Shown here: piece by piece, positions 50,779-60,558 of the stretch
How the letters are laid out: each line of letters opens with the position of its first letter
Position numbering within the stretch: the first letter of the stretch is position 1
Source: Nitrospirota bacterium
GTDB taxonomy: Bacteria > Nitrospirota > Thermodesulfovibrionia > Thermodesulfovibrionales > Dissulfurispiraceae
Direction: 5' to 3'
DNA: 64,000 nucleotides
Assembly: GCA_040758355.1 (NCBI GenBank)
Contig: JBFLWF010000002.1
Location: 64,001 to 128,000, forward strand
Position numbers and translations under genes: made by a program
Notes under the pieces: model-generated
Databases searched by the model: none
What the model was told of the DNA's origin: nothing
The model's input: only the letters and a program-made list of their open reading frames with translations

Positions 50779-50886
50779 ATGCCTTTAAAATCCTTTGAAT
50801 CGCAAAACATGGAGTTCAAGTCCAACTGGCCGAAGGCTCGGTCAGAGCGGGATGAGGCGGGAGGAAGATTTTGTCTAAACGAATAA
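50779..50886 (+). pseudogene. 5' remnant of an AlbA_2/Schlafen-type gene
   Basis: MPLKSFESQNMEFKSNW...RDE matches the typical ESQxxEFKxxWRDE start. Confidence 0.45.
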
Positions 50887-51935
50887 CGCCCAATAAATAC
50901 ACCACGCTGATTAAGCGTCTTGCAGATATTATCCATTCTGCGAGGGCTACTGCTGTGCGTCAGATTAATAAGGCTCAGGTGCTTGCATATTATGAAATCG
51001 GCAGGGAGATTGTTGAGTTTGAGCAGAAGGGAAAGGCACGTGCAGGGTATGGAGAGGAACTGATAAAAAGGCTTTCAAAGGATATGACTGAAAGGTTTGG
51101 CAGGGGATTTTCTACTACAAATCTAAAAATGATGCGGCTTTTCTATCAAGCATTCCCAATTCGTCAGACGGTGTCTGACGAATCTTTAGCATCAATTCGC
51201 CAGACACCGTCTGATGAATTCAACCCCATGCTTTCATGGTCTCATTATTGCGAACTGTTGAGCGTTGAAAATCCCCTTGCCCGCTCATTCTATGAGCAGG
51301 AGGCAGCGAATAATAACTGGTCATTCCGTGAACTGAAACGGCAGATCAATTCTCAGCTTTTTGAAAGATTGTCATTGAGCAAGGATACCCATGCAGTAAT
51401 GAGATTATCAAAAAGAGGACATATTATTGAAACTCCCGAAGATGCTATTAAAGACCCTTATGTTCTGGAATTTCTTAATCTAAAAGAGGAAGCTGTATAT
51501 ACTGAAAGCCATCTTGAGCAGGCTATAATGGACAATTTACAGAAGTTTCTTCTTGAGATGGGAAGGGGGTTCACATTTGTCGCGCGGCAAAAGCGCATAA
51601 CAGTAGGCAACAGGCATTATTATATTGACCTTATTTTTTATAATCGCATCCTGAAGTGCATGGTTCTTATAGACCTGAAGATAGATGAGCTTACTCATGC
51701 AGACATAGGCCAAATGAACTTTTATCTGAATTATTTCAAAGACAATGAAATGACCGAAGGGGAAAATGAGCCGATAGGTTTGATGCTTTGTGCTCGCAAA
51801 GACGAGGTTTTTGCAAAATATGTGTTGGGAAACTTAAACAATAAGATATTTGCTTCAAAATACAAGCTTGCGCTTCCGACTGAAAAAGAGCTTGTGAAGA
51901 AAATCAAATCATTACATCTTTTAGAGGGTCAATGA
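50871..51935 (+). CDS. YhcG/DUF1016 PD-(D/E)xK nuclease-family protein 2
   Basis: YYEIGR; WSHY; KDPYVLEFL; IDLIFY; DLK; GQMNFY; TTG start after GGAGG. Confidence 0.9.
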   Translation: MSKRITPNKYTTLIKRLADIIHSARATAVRQINKAQVLAYYEIGREIVEFEQKGKARAGYGEELIKRLSKDMTERFGRGFSTTNLKMMRLFYQAFPIRQTVSDESLASIRQTPSDEFNPMLSWSHYCELLSVENPLARSFYEQEAANNNWSFRELKRQINSQLFERLSLSKDTHAVMRLSKRGHIIETPEDAIKDPYVLEFLNLKEEAVYTESHLEQAIMDNLQKFLLEMGRGFTFVARQKRITVGNRHYYIDLIFYNRILKCMVLIDLKIDELTHADIGQMNFYLNYFKDNEMTEGENEPIGLMLCARKDEVFAKYVLGNLNNKIFASKYKLALPTEKELVKKIKSLHLLEGQ

Positions 51936-51995
51936 TGATTGAGGAACTGAGCAGATGATGCATAAATGAGGCAAAAACTAAGGAAACTATAAACC

Positions 51996-54869
51996 ATGTC
52001 ATTAGCTGTTGATAACCCAATACTTAACAATCCCTTTGAGGAGCCAAGGGAATACTGGATCTATGAGGAAGGGCAGCCGAAGAGGATGTCAGGCAGGCGG
52101 CCAGCGGGTTATTATTTCCGCACCGGCAAGCGTTCTGACGCACAAGCCGCATTATTTACAGAAGAGCAGTTCGTGGAGCTTGAGCTTGTAAACAAGATCC
52201 GGCAGAGGGTCAAGGAATGGCGCGAAGGCGGTTATAAAGGCGGGACAGGAGTTACAGAAAGGCTGCTTCAGCACTGGAATACAAAGGACAGGGAGAGAAA
52301 GCTCTTTTTCTGCCAGATTGAGGCAGTTGAGACAATCATATATCTGACCGAGATACTGCCCAAAAATCCAAAAGGAATCACAATACCGCCTGATTTGCCT
52401 GCTGAGTCCGACCTTGCAAAGGGATATAAGGCGCTCAGAAGATACGGCTGCAAAATGGCGACAGGCAGCGGCAAGACGCTTGTTATGGCGATGCTTGCTG
52501 CATGGTCTGTAATTAACAAGGCGCAATACAGGCAGGATAAGAGATTTTCGGATGCTGTGCTTGTAGTATGCCCCAATTTAACAGTCAAAGAAAGGCTGTC
52601 TGTTCTTTATCCATCAAATCAGGATAATTATTATGAGAAGTTTGACCTTGTGCCGCGCTCTATGCTGGATATGCTTTCAAAAGGAAAGTTCCTTATAACA
52701 AACTGGCATTCTTTTTTGCCTGTTGACGACAGCAAGAAAAGAAGCGTTGTCCAGCGCGGTGAGGAAAGCGAAAAGGCTTTCTGCAATAGGGTATTGAAGG
52801 AACTGTCAGGCAAGGAAAACCTGCTTGTTTTCAATGACGAGGCGCATCATGCGTATCGTCCTGCGCCTTTTGAGAAGGAAGAGGAGCTAATAAAACTCAG
52901 CGGAGAAGAACGAAAGAAGCTGAAAGAGGAAAAAGAAGAGGCTACCATCTGGATCGGCGGGCTGGATAAAATCCATTTTGCGAGGAAGATAAATTTATGC
53001 GTGGATTTATCGGCAACGCCGTTTTATATACAGGGAAGCGGTTATCCCGAAGGCTCGCCATTGCCTTGGATAGTGTCTGATTTTGGTCTTGTGGATGCAA
53101 TTGAAAGCGGCATAGTAAAGATCCCGAGGGTTCCGGTTGACGATAACTCTGGACAGCCTATACCAAAATATTTCCAGCTCTGGAAGACCATAAATGAATC
53201 CCTGCCTGCTTCTGAAAAGGCAACGCAGAGAAGAAAGCCTAAGCCTGAATCTGTTTTCAGAGAAGCTGAGGGTGCGCTAACAATGCTTGCAGGCGAATGG
53301 AAAAAGACATTTGAAGCCTTCAAAAAAGACGGCTTCCTTGTCCCGCCTGTAATGATATGCGTCTGTGATAACACTGACCTTGCAGAGCTTATTTTTGAAT
53401 ATATAAGCGGAGAAAAAAAGATAGAAAAGCAAAGGATATTTACTGCCGGAAAGCTATTCCCTGATCTATTGGGAAACACGGAGACCTTTCTGCCTACCAT
53501 GCGGATTGACACAAAACTGTTAGGCGAGGCAGAGAGCGAAGACGGCACGCAGACAAAGCAGGAAGTAGCGCAGGGTTTGAGATTAAGGGTTGCAACTGTC
53601 GGCAAGACAGAATGGGAAGGGCAAGGATATCCGCCGGGCAAAGATGTAAGATGCGTTGTCTCGGTCGGTATGCTTACAGAGGGATGGGATGCGAATAATG
53701 TAACGCAGATATTCGGACTGAGGGCGTTTACATCTCAACTGTTGTGCGAACAGGTTGTAGGACGCGGCTTAAGAAGGATGAATTATACGCTTGATGAAAG
53801 CGGGATGCTTCCTGAAGAATATGTGGATGTTTACGGCATACCTTTTGAAGTCATACCTGTAAAAAAGAAAGGCAAGGGGCCGACACCGCCTCCACCGCCT
53901 TCAACATTGGTGCAGGCATTAAAAGACAGAGAACATCTCAAAATAGAGTTTCCACGTGTGGAAGGATATGTCTTTGATGTAAAAAGCAGGATTAAGATTG
54001 AGATGTCAAAATTAAAAGAAATCACTGTTGATCCGAGCAAAGAGCCGACAAAAGTGGTTGTAAAAAGAACGGTAGGGTATAAGCTCGGCTCGCCAACACG
54101 GCTTGGTCCCGGCAAAGAGGCGTATCAGGACAGGAATCCCTTTCATGAGACAAGGCGATTGAAGGAGATAATATTTGAGATTGCAAAGAGGATAACAAAT
54201 GCATTAAAGAATTATGAAAAATTCCAATGGCAGGCAAGGGAGATTTTATTTCCGCAGGTATTGGCAATTGCGAAAAAATTTATTCATGAGAAGGTTACAT
54301 TCATTGATGCAAAGCCTAACGAAATAGCCCTTGAAAAATATATTCAGCTTATTGTTGAAAGACTGCTTGCAGCTATTGAACCGGATACAGGCGAAGGCGA
54401 AGCTCCGCTGCTGCCTATAATAGAGAGGTTCAGGCCTAAAGGCTCTACATCGGAAGTCCTTTTCCGCACAGTCAGAAGGGCGCATCCGACGCTGAAAAGC
54501 CATGTAAGCCATGTGGTGACGGATAACCGCTCATGGGAGCATACAGTATCTTTTTATCTTGAAGACAACCCGAATGTTATTTCTTATGTTAAGAACGACC
54601 ATCTGGATTTTTCTATTCCTTATGATTTTCTTGGCGTCAGGCATTATTACTACCCTGATTTTCTGATACGGTATAATTCCAATGGGTTAGAGACGACAGT
54701 TATCCTTGAGGTCAAGGGATATGAATCCGAGCAGGACAGGCAAAAGAAGACCGCTGCAGAAAGATGGGTTAAGGCGGTTAATTATCACGGCGGATTTGGC
54801 AGATGGGAATTGTTGGAGTGCAGAGACCCGAGAAGTCTGGATAAGATTTTGAATGGGTTGTTTAAATGA
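51996..54869 (+). CDS. res: Type III restriction endonuclease/helicase subunit (Res)
   Basis: MATGSGKT; DEAHH; LSAT; EGWD; QVVGRGLR; C-terminal PDF...LEVKG. Confidence 0.9.
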   Translation: MSLAVDNPILNNPFEEPREYWIYEEGQPKRMSGRRPAGYYFRTGKRSDAQAALFTEEQFVELELVNKIRQRVKEWREGGYKGGTGVTERLLQHWNTKDRERKLFFCQIEAVETIIYLTEILPKNPKGITIPPDLPAESDLAKGYKALRRYGCKMATGSGKTLVMAMLAAWSVINKAQYRQDKRFSDAVLVVCPNLTVKERLSVLYPSNQDNYYEKFDLVPRSMLDMLSKGKFLITNWHSFLPVDDSKKRSVVQRGEESEKAFCNRVLKELSGKENLLVFNDEAHHAYRPAPFEKEEELIKLSGEERKKLKEEKEEATIWIGGLDKIHFARKINLCVDLSATPFYIQGSGYPEGSPLPWIVSDFGLVDAIESGIVKIPRVPVDDNSGQPIPKYFQLWKTINESLPASEKATQRRKPKPESVFREAEGALTMLAGEWKKTFEAFKKDGFLVPPVMICVCDNTDLAELIFEYISGEKKIEKQRIFTAGKLFPDLLGNTETFLPTMRIDTKLLGEAESEDGTQTKQEVAQGLRLRVATVGKTEWEGQGYPPGKDVRCVVSVGMLTEGWDANNVTQIFGLRAFTSQLLCEQVVGRGLRRMNYTLDESGMLPEEYVDVYGIPFEVIPVKKKGKGPTPPPPPSTLVQALKDREHLKIEFPRVEGYVFDVKSRIKIEMSKLKEITVDPSKEPTKVVVKRTVGYKLGSPTRLGPGKEAYQDRNPFHETRRLKEIIFEIAKRITNALKNYEKFQWQAREILFPQVLAIAKKFIHEKVTFIDAKPNEIALEKYIQLIVERLLAAIEPDTGEGEAPLLPIIERFRPKGSTSEVLFRTVRRAHPTLKSHVSHVVTDNRSWEHTVSFYLEDNPNVISYVKNDHLDFSIPYDFLGVRHYYYPDFLIRYNSNGLETTVILEVKGYESEQDRQKKTAAERWVKAVNYHGGFGRWELLECRDPRSLDKILNGLFK

Positions 54870-55031
54870 AGATTAATAAAGCGGTAAAGGACTTTTCCGC
54901 CAAGCGGCGTAAAGGCGTATTGAAAGGATCATTGCAGAGGTGCGGGGGGAGAGGGAAAATACCGAGTGAAACTTTTCTCAATTTGCGAGATTGCGATTGT
55001 CCATGACTCATTATAGAGTGGAGAGGAGGAA

Positions 55032-55634
55032 ATGAGCATTAAAAACCCCCATCTTATTGTCATTGCTGGCCCTAATGGTGCAGGAAAATCAACGACAGCC
55101 CCTTTTTTGCTGAAAGGTATATTGGGAGTTGATGAATTCGTCAATGCCGATCTGATAGCTCAAGGACTTTCAGGATTTCAGCCGGAAGGTGCAGCATTTC
55201 ATGCAGGGCGCGTAATGCTCGAGCGTATCCATTATCTTGCAAAAAAGCGCGTTAATTTTGCCTTTGAAACAACATTAGCAAGCCGTACTTTTGCCCCATG
55301 GATTACAGGTTTGCGTAAAACAGGCTATGATTTTCATCTTGTCTTTCTATATCTGCCAAACGAAGAATTTGCCGTTGCCCGCGTTGCAGAAAGAGTGCGC
55401 ATGGGGGGACATAATGTGCCTGAGGAAACTATCAGACGGCGTTATAACGCAGGTCTTAAAAATTTTTTCTACCTTTATAAACCACTATCAGACTTCTGGC
55501 GTTTTTATGACAATTCATTGCCTGAAGGCCCGCGTTTGATAGCTTTGGGTGGCATAGGACAGCCTGACGATATTAGGAGTATTGAAACATGGGGTAAAAT
55601 TATGGAACAATATGAACATGGAAGAAAAGAATAA
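55032..55634 (+). CDS. Zeta-toxin-like / AAA_33 P-loop kinase
   Basis: IAGPNGAGKST; FVNAD; FETTL; RVRMGGHNVP. Confidence 0.8.
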   Translation: MSIKNPHLIVIAGPNGAGKSTTAPFLLKGILGVDEFVNADLIAQGLSGFQPEGAAFHAGRVMLERIHYLAKKRVNFAFETTLASRTFAPWITGLRKTGYDFHLVFLYLPNEEFAVARVAERVRMGGHNVPEETIRRRYNAGLKNFFYLYKPLSDFWRFYDNSLPEGPRLIALGGIGQPDDIRSIETWGKIMEQYEHGRKE

Positions 55635-55797
55635 AAAAGAAATAGACGATATTTTCAGAGAAGGCACTCTAATTGACAAGGCTTTGAAGGAGGGCGTCCG
55701 GGAAGCTCTCATTCGCCACAAACAAGCCAGCAATCCCATTGTTGTCTGGCGTGATGGAAAAGTGGTTTGGCTGACACCGGAAGAAATACCTGTTTAA
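55612..55797 (+). CDS. Small partner protein of the zeta-like kinase (putative antitoxin)
   Basis: Overlaps the upstream stop; VREALIRHK...PIVVWRDGKVV. Confidence 0.6.
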   Translation: MNMEEKNKKEIDDIFREGTLIDKALKEGVREALIRHKQASNPIVVWRDGKVVWLTPEEIPV

Positions 55798-55885
55798 GCA
55801 TAGTGCCCCCCTCGTTGACCAAATCCTCGCTGCTAAAAAGCAATAATTGAAAATTGGAAGGTACATTTATTCTGCACCACCCTTT

Positions 55886-57076
55886 TTAATGCTGCTGTAA
55901 GGCAGTTTTGGTGCGCAGGACTTTTATCAGGAATATAAATGCCGCTGCAATAAGAACCGAGGCTGCCCCCAGAAATGCCCTGTCGAAGCCGAAATGTAGA
56001 GCTACAATCCCTGAAATGAGAGGCCCTGTTGTATGGCCTATATCCATTATCGAGCCCAATATCCCCATTGCAGAGCCATGAGATTCCTTTTTGCTTAAAT
56101 CGGCGATGAATGCGGATGTGGCAGATGTTACGATTGAGAGGCTTAATCCGAACAATATACTGAGTGTAAGCAGTGGCAGGAATGATTTAAAAAGCGAGAA
56201 GCTTCCAATGCATATTGCACCGATTAGAGCACCCCAGAATATCTGTGGCTGCCTTCCGTGCCTGTCTGAAAACCTTCCCATCACAGGTTTTGTAAGCGCA
56301 AGTGTGATCACCTGTGATGATAGGAATATGCCTACCTCATATGCGCTGAGACCGATTTTGACCGAATAAAGTGGAAGGAATGTCTCGAAAGTCCCGTATG
56401 CAAAGAGTATTGATGCCTCAACTCCTGCAGTGATGAGGATAAGCCTGTTCGATAGCACAGATTTAAAAGATGCGAATGTCTCTTTCCAGTCCCGTTTTTC
56501 GATTTTTTTATCAGGGGCGGATGGCAATTTAAATGTGAGTATAAGGGCAAGTATGCCTGCCGCGCCGCATACAAGATACACAATCTTATAGCTAAGGCCG
56601 GGGTTAAAGACCATTGCTCCTATGATGCCTCCGCCTGCAATTGGAGCCATAAACCTGCCAACAAGTGTTGAAGTGGAAAACCATCCCATTTTTTCTCCCC
56701 TTTCATGATGAAAGAGGTCGGCAACGAGCGCCATTGCAACAGGGATGAATACGGCTGTGGCAAAGCCGTGATAGAACCTCACGATGGCAAGCTGCCATAT
56801 TTTATTTACGAACAGGTACAGAAATGGTGCGGTCGAAAATACGATGAGTGAAAAGATGAGCATTTTTCTCCTGCCGAGCCTATCCGACAGTATCCCTGCC
56901 GGTATGCTTGCGACTATGCCTGTAAATGCTGATACAGCAGCCACAAACCCAACACCGGATGGGTCTGCACCGAGGTGCGATGCAAAAAGCGGAAGAACAG
57001 GGCTTTTCGATATTGTAGAGCTGAATATGGCAAAAAGCCCTGTGGTGCAAAGCAATATGAATGGGCTAAATTTCAC
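55886..57076 (-). CDS. MFS transporter (DHA-like)
   Basis: GILSDRLGRR and GRFSDRHGR motif A; about 12 TM helices. Confidence 0.9.
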   Translation of the reverse strand: MKFSPFILLCTTGLFAIFSSTISKSPVLPLFASHLGADPSGVGFVAAVSAFTGIVASIPAGILSDRLGRRKMLIFSLIVFSTAPFLYLFVNKIWQLAIVRFYHGFATAVFIPVAMALVADLFHHERGEKMGWFSTSTLVGRFMAPIAGGGIIGAMVFNPGLSYKIVYLVCGAAGILALILTFKLPSAPDKKIEKRDWKETFASFKSVLSNRLILITAGVEASILFAYGTFETFLPLYSVKIGLSAYEVGIFLSSQVITLALTKPVMGRFSDRHGRQPQIFWGALIGAICIGSFSLFKSFLPLLTLSILFGLSLSIVTSATSAFIADLSKKESHGSAMGILGSIMDIGHTTGPLISGIVALHFGFDRAFLGAASVLIAAAFIFLIKVLRTKTALQQH

Positions 57077-57621
57077 TTTTTCATGAGACCCTGAATCTCT
57101 CTGTGATAGCCGAGATACCTCTGAAGCGTCTTCTCATTCTTCCCGTATTTCGGATATGTTTTCAGTATCTCTTCAAATCTCTGCTCGGCTTTGATCTCAT
57201 TTTTAATCTCGACAATGCCGTCCGTGATTATATCCACGAGCCTGTCTGCATAAATCACGATTTTTTCTTCGAGTGTTTTCAGAGTGTAATCTTTTACCGG
57301 TAGTTTCAGTTCTTTCGCCTCTTCTTCTGTCAGCCCGCCCCTTATATGTTTTTCCATGATGTCTGTGACAGCTTCCGGAAGTCCGATTTTTCTTCCGATC
57401 TCGGCACCGATCTTTCCGTGCTCGATTTCGTGTGTTTTTGCCTTTCCGAGGTCGTGGAATAATGCGCCCCTGCCGACAATCTCCATGTCGAGATTCGCGC
57501 CTGTTCGTTCCGCGATCTCCAGTGCTTTTTCAGCTACCTTGACACAGTGCTTTATGTCGTCTTCGGAAACACCTGTTTTTCTCATTAATTCGATGTCCGA
57601 ATCCTGAATTTTGTAACCCAT
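57073..57621 (-). CDS. HD/HDIG-domain phosphohydrolase
   Basis: HCVKV; LFHDLGK; HG; KH; YAD; start moved to 57621 after GGAGGA. Confidence 0.85.
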   Translation of the reverse strand: MGYKIQDSDIELMRKTGVSEDDIKHCVKVAEKALEIAERTGANLDMEIVGRGALFHDLGKAKTHEIEHGKIGAEIGRKIGLPEAVTDIMEKHIRGGLTEEEAKELKLPVKDYTLKTLEEKIVIYADRLVDIITDGIVEIKNEIKAEQRFEEILKTYPKYGKNEKTLQRYLGYHREIQGLMKK

Positions 57622-57639
57622 GCTATCCTCCATGCAAAA

Positions 57640-57924
57640 TCACTTTACCCCGAAATACGCAAGCGTATCCGCAACAGCCTTCTCGATGTCGTGCTGAATG
57701 TGCTCGAACTTTGTCTTTACATCGTCATGAATGTGCTGAATGTACTCCTGAAGCCCCTCCTTGCCATACTTTTCTTCGATCATCCTTCCATACTCATAAA
57801 TCTTCGTGATATCGTGTCTCTCGGCCTTTTTCTCAGGGTCATTGTCGAGCCATTCATGAAGCTCGCGGTATTCGTTTCCTGTCCTCTCGCTGCTTGTCTT
57901 TAAATGTTTTGCTACTGGCGGCAT
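57640..57924 (-). CDS. Small His/Asp-rich hypothetical protein, possibly metal-binding
   Basis: HEWLD, RHD, HIHDD; AGGAGG RBS. Confidence 0.65.
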   Translation of the reverse strand: MPPVAKHLKTSSERTGNEYRELHEWLDNDPEKKAERHDITKIYEYGRMIEEKYGKEGLQEYIQHIHDDVKTKFEHIQHDIEKAVADTLAYFGVK

Positions 57925-57942
57925 TTCTTTTTCCTCCTTTTT

Positions 57943-57987
57943 TGTAACATTTGATTATAATGTAACATGTGTTACATAGAAAGTCAA
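57943..57987 (-). promoter_or_regulatory. Promoter with palindromic operator (putative ChrB box)
   Basis: Minus strand TTGACT-17-TACATT; palindrome ATGTAACA-TG-TGTTACAT at 57960-57977; extra half-site at 57943. Confidence 0.75.
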
Positions 57988-58005
57988 GAAAAAAATATAG
58001 TCCGA

Positions 58006-58998
58006 CTACGCCTTTGATTCGTAGAGCATTTCGAATATGCCCATTCCCCTTTCAAGGGCATCCGAATCGCTCTTTGAAGTTTTTCTTATCCCGGCAAGTA
58101 TCTCCTCTATGCCTTTTGCCTCGGGCGTTTTGAATTTGTCGTCCTTAATATCGAGCTCGTGGACTATTGCAGCTATTTTTTTAATCCTCCTGTCGACCAG
58201 ATTAAATGATTTGATGAAAACTTCAAATGTGCACATGTCGCCGATATGCGTAAATTCCCCGCCCATGACATCGAAGGCAACCATGTTTTTGGCGAGATGT
58301 GCCGTCTCTTTTTCGTCGATGAACTCAAACGATGCTGCCGGGTCTATAAACTTTCTGATAAGCCATGCCGATGCCATTCTATCCACAAAGGGCCTCTTCC
58401 TTGTGACCCATGTTTTCCCCTGATAATCCTTTATGCGCCTGGGAACTATTGCAGGGATCCGAATACCTGCATAAACACGGTCAATGCCTTTAAGTTCGGC
58501 CTGCAGCGTTTCCATACGCTTTTTAAGGACAGCCCCTGCTTTTGACGAAAAGAAGTCTATCCTCCTTATGGCCTCAAACTCTTTCAATAGTTTGTAGAGC
58601 TGTTCTGATAGTTTCTTGTTGCCGTGGATGCTGCTTCCTTTCTTTATGCTCTGTATTTTTCTCTCAAGCCCTTCAAGCCCCTTCTCGATATCCTGATAAT
58701 CACGCTCCCTTTGCCTGTTGAAGAGGTCGATGATTTCCCTGTCGTGCATGGTTTCGATTTTTTCCACGTGCACAAAGGCGGCTTCGCCGCCCATTCCGAC
58801 GGCTTCCGACACAAGCCATTGGCAAAACTCATAGTGTTCCTCGCTATGCGGGAGTATGTAGGCGGCGCCTTTGAACGGCAGCGCCCCGGCCTGTGTGAGT
58901 CTCCTCCATATTTTCATCCTGTTGCTCACAGGCTTTGAGGGGACGCTGTAGAAAAACAACAGCCAGCTATATATTTCCGCTTGTTTAGTCTGTAACAT
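58006..58998 (-). CDS. chrB: Chromate-resistance regulator ChrB family
   Basis: RMKIWRRL N-terminal domain; WVTRKRPFVDRMASAWLIRKFIDP; FTHIGDMCTFE. Confidence 0.88.
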   Translation of the reverse strand: MLQTKQAEIYSWLLFFYSVPSKPVSNRMKIWRRLTQAGALPFKGAAYILPHSEEHYEFCQWLVSEAVGMGGEAAFVHVEKIETMHDREIIDLFNRQRERDYQDIEKGLEGLERKIQSIKKGSSIHGNKKLSEQLYKLLKEFEAIRRIDFFSSKAGAVLKKRMETLQAELKGIDRVYAGIRIPAIVPRRIKDYQGKTWVTRKRPFVDRMASAWLIRKFIDPAASFEFIDEKETAHLAKNMVAFDVMGGEFTHIGDMCTFEVFIKSFNLVDRRIKKIAAIVHELDIKDDKFKTPEAKGIEEILAGIRKTSKSDSDALERGMGIFEMLYESKA

Positions 58999-59035
58999 TT
59001 AATGCTAATGTAACAGACGTTATATGCGATGTCAA
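58991..59035 (-). promoter_or_regulatory. chrB promoter with second operator copy
   Basis: Minus strand TTGACA-17-TACATT; ATGTAACA-GA-CGTTATAT at 59008-59025; half-site over the start codon. Confidence 0.75.
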
Positions 59036-59149
59036 TGGGAATAAAGGCGCAGGATATTTATTTTTTGAACTTTTTCTATTAAACTTTTAAAAATATGTGG
59101 GAGGTGGCTCATTTTCAGGGCAATTGCTTCGGGCTTCTTACTTTTCCTT

Positions 59150-60340
59150 GTGATTCTTGCAGCATATTTTTATTTTAAAGGACCTGCAGAAAACCATGGG
59201 ACTGTCCAGATCCCCGCAGATCAGGTCACTGAACCTTCCGAGCAGTCAGCATCCCTTAATCATGGCAGCGATTCGACGAAGACAGTGGATGAATCCATTA
59301 AATCAATCGAGATATCGCCTTTGCTGGAAAACGATGTGAAGATTGATGAGAGGAACAGGGAATTGTGGTTGAAAGCAGAAGCAATGGCAAAGGCAGGAGA
59401 CAATGAAAGCGCCATTAAACTGCTCAAGGAAATCTCTGAAAGGGACAAGCATGCATTTACCGGCATTGGTATTTTGTTTTTGAAGATCGGGAGATACGAT
59501 GATGCAATAAAATACCTCGAGAAGGCAGTAGAGTTTGACAGTAATGATTTTACAGCACGGAAGATGCTTGCATTGGCTTACTACAAAGCGGATGACCTCG
59601 ATAAAAGCCTCTACAATATAGAAATAGGACTCTCCATGAAAAGCGACCAACAGTTGCAGTCTCTCCATGATAAAATCAAGAGAGAGCACAGGACGCAACA
59701 GAAATTCATTGATGAAAGCACCCGGCACTTCAAGGTTATTTTCGATGGGCACGAAAACGGTAACATCAGCAGGAGGGTATTGGGAATCCTTGATGACGCG
59801 TACAGGTTTGTTGGAAAGGAGCTTAATTATTTCCCGGATCAGCCTATAACCGTGATCATCTATACTGAAAAGGAATTCTTTGATACCACGCTGGCCCCTG
59901 GATGGGCTGGCGGTGCATATGATCTTATAGGAGGGAAGATCCGCATCCCGGTAAAGGGAGTGGAGGGCAAAGAGGCCGAACTGAAAAGGGTGCTATTTCA
60001 TGAATATGTGCATGCCATGGTTGATTCCATTACACATCGTTGTCCACTATGGATTAATGAGGGACTTGCGGAATATTTTTCGAGGAATTATCCAAAGAGA
60101 ATCGGTCAGGTTGTTCCTCTGAATTATCTTGAGAACTCATTTGTATGGCTCGGCGGAAGGGTTGGCATTGCTTACTGGGAGAGCCACTCTGCAGTGTCGT
60201 ATCTCATAGAGAGGTATGGTGCTTCAAGGATGAAGGATTTGCTGATATCTCTCTCAAAGGGGGCTGATATGAATCAGGCATTCAAGGAAACGTTTAGCAT
60301 TTCATATAATGAATTTATTTCGTCATGGGGAAAGGGCTGA
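59150..60340 (+). CDS. TPR-containing MA-clan zinc metallopeptidase-like protein (start uncertain)
   Basis: TPR helices; HEYVH plus NEGLAEY. Confidence 0.78.
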   Translation: MILAAYFYFKGPAENHGTVQIPADQVTEPSEQSASLNHGSDSTKTVDESIKSIEISPLLENDVKIDERNRELWLKAEAMAKAGDNESAIKLLKEISERDKHAFTGIGILFLKIGRYDDAIKYLEKAVEFDSNDFTARKMLALAYYKADDLDKSLYNIEIGLSMKSDQQLQSLHDKIKREHRTQQKFIDESTRHFKVIFDGHENGNISRRVLGILDDAYRFVGKELNYFPDQPITVIIYTEKEFFDTTLAPGWAGGAYDLIGGKIRIPVKGVEGKEAELKRVLFHEYVHAMVDSITHRCPLWINEGLAEYFSRNYPKRIGQVVPLNYLENSFVWLGGRVGIAYWESHSAVSYLIERYGASRMKDLLISLSKGADMNQAFKETFSISYNEFISSWGKG

Positions 60341-60380
60341 GCCTTGACATAAGTTTCTTGTTTCCGATAATCTAAAAACA

Positions 60381-60478
60381 GTAAAGGGGAGTAGCTGAAA
60401 CAGTGCATATCGTCAACACGTCTGCTTTAGGCAGGCCGGTACCACTGGTTAGAAAAAACTAACAGGCAAGACCTTTAC
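60381..60478 (+). promoter_or_regulatory. yybP-ykoY manganese riboswitch aptamer
   Basis: GTAAAGGGGAGTAGC...CGTCAACACG...CCGG...GCAAGACCTTTAC; TTGACA promoter at 60344. Confidence 0.85.
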
Positions 60479-60541
60479 CGCAATGAGTATTTATTGGTAA
60501 ACTATTTATTAATAAGTATTCACGCGGTAAAGGTCTTTTTT
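60468..60541 (+). terminator. Riboswitch expression-platform terminator
   Basis: aagacctttaccgc (60468-60481) pairs with gcggtaaaggtctt (60524-60537), then T run; overlaps the aptamer 3' strand. Confidence 0.8.
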
Positions 60542-60558
60542 AATTGGAGGTGTAAAAG

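Noticed and set aside
14341..59040. tRNA-anchored genomic island separating chrA from chrB
   Set aside because: No integrase, and I found no duplicate of either tRNA 3' end; unsupported
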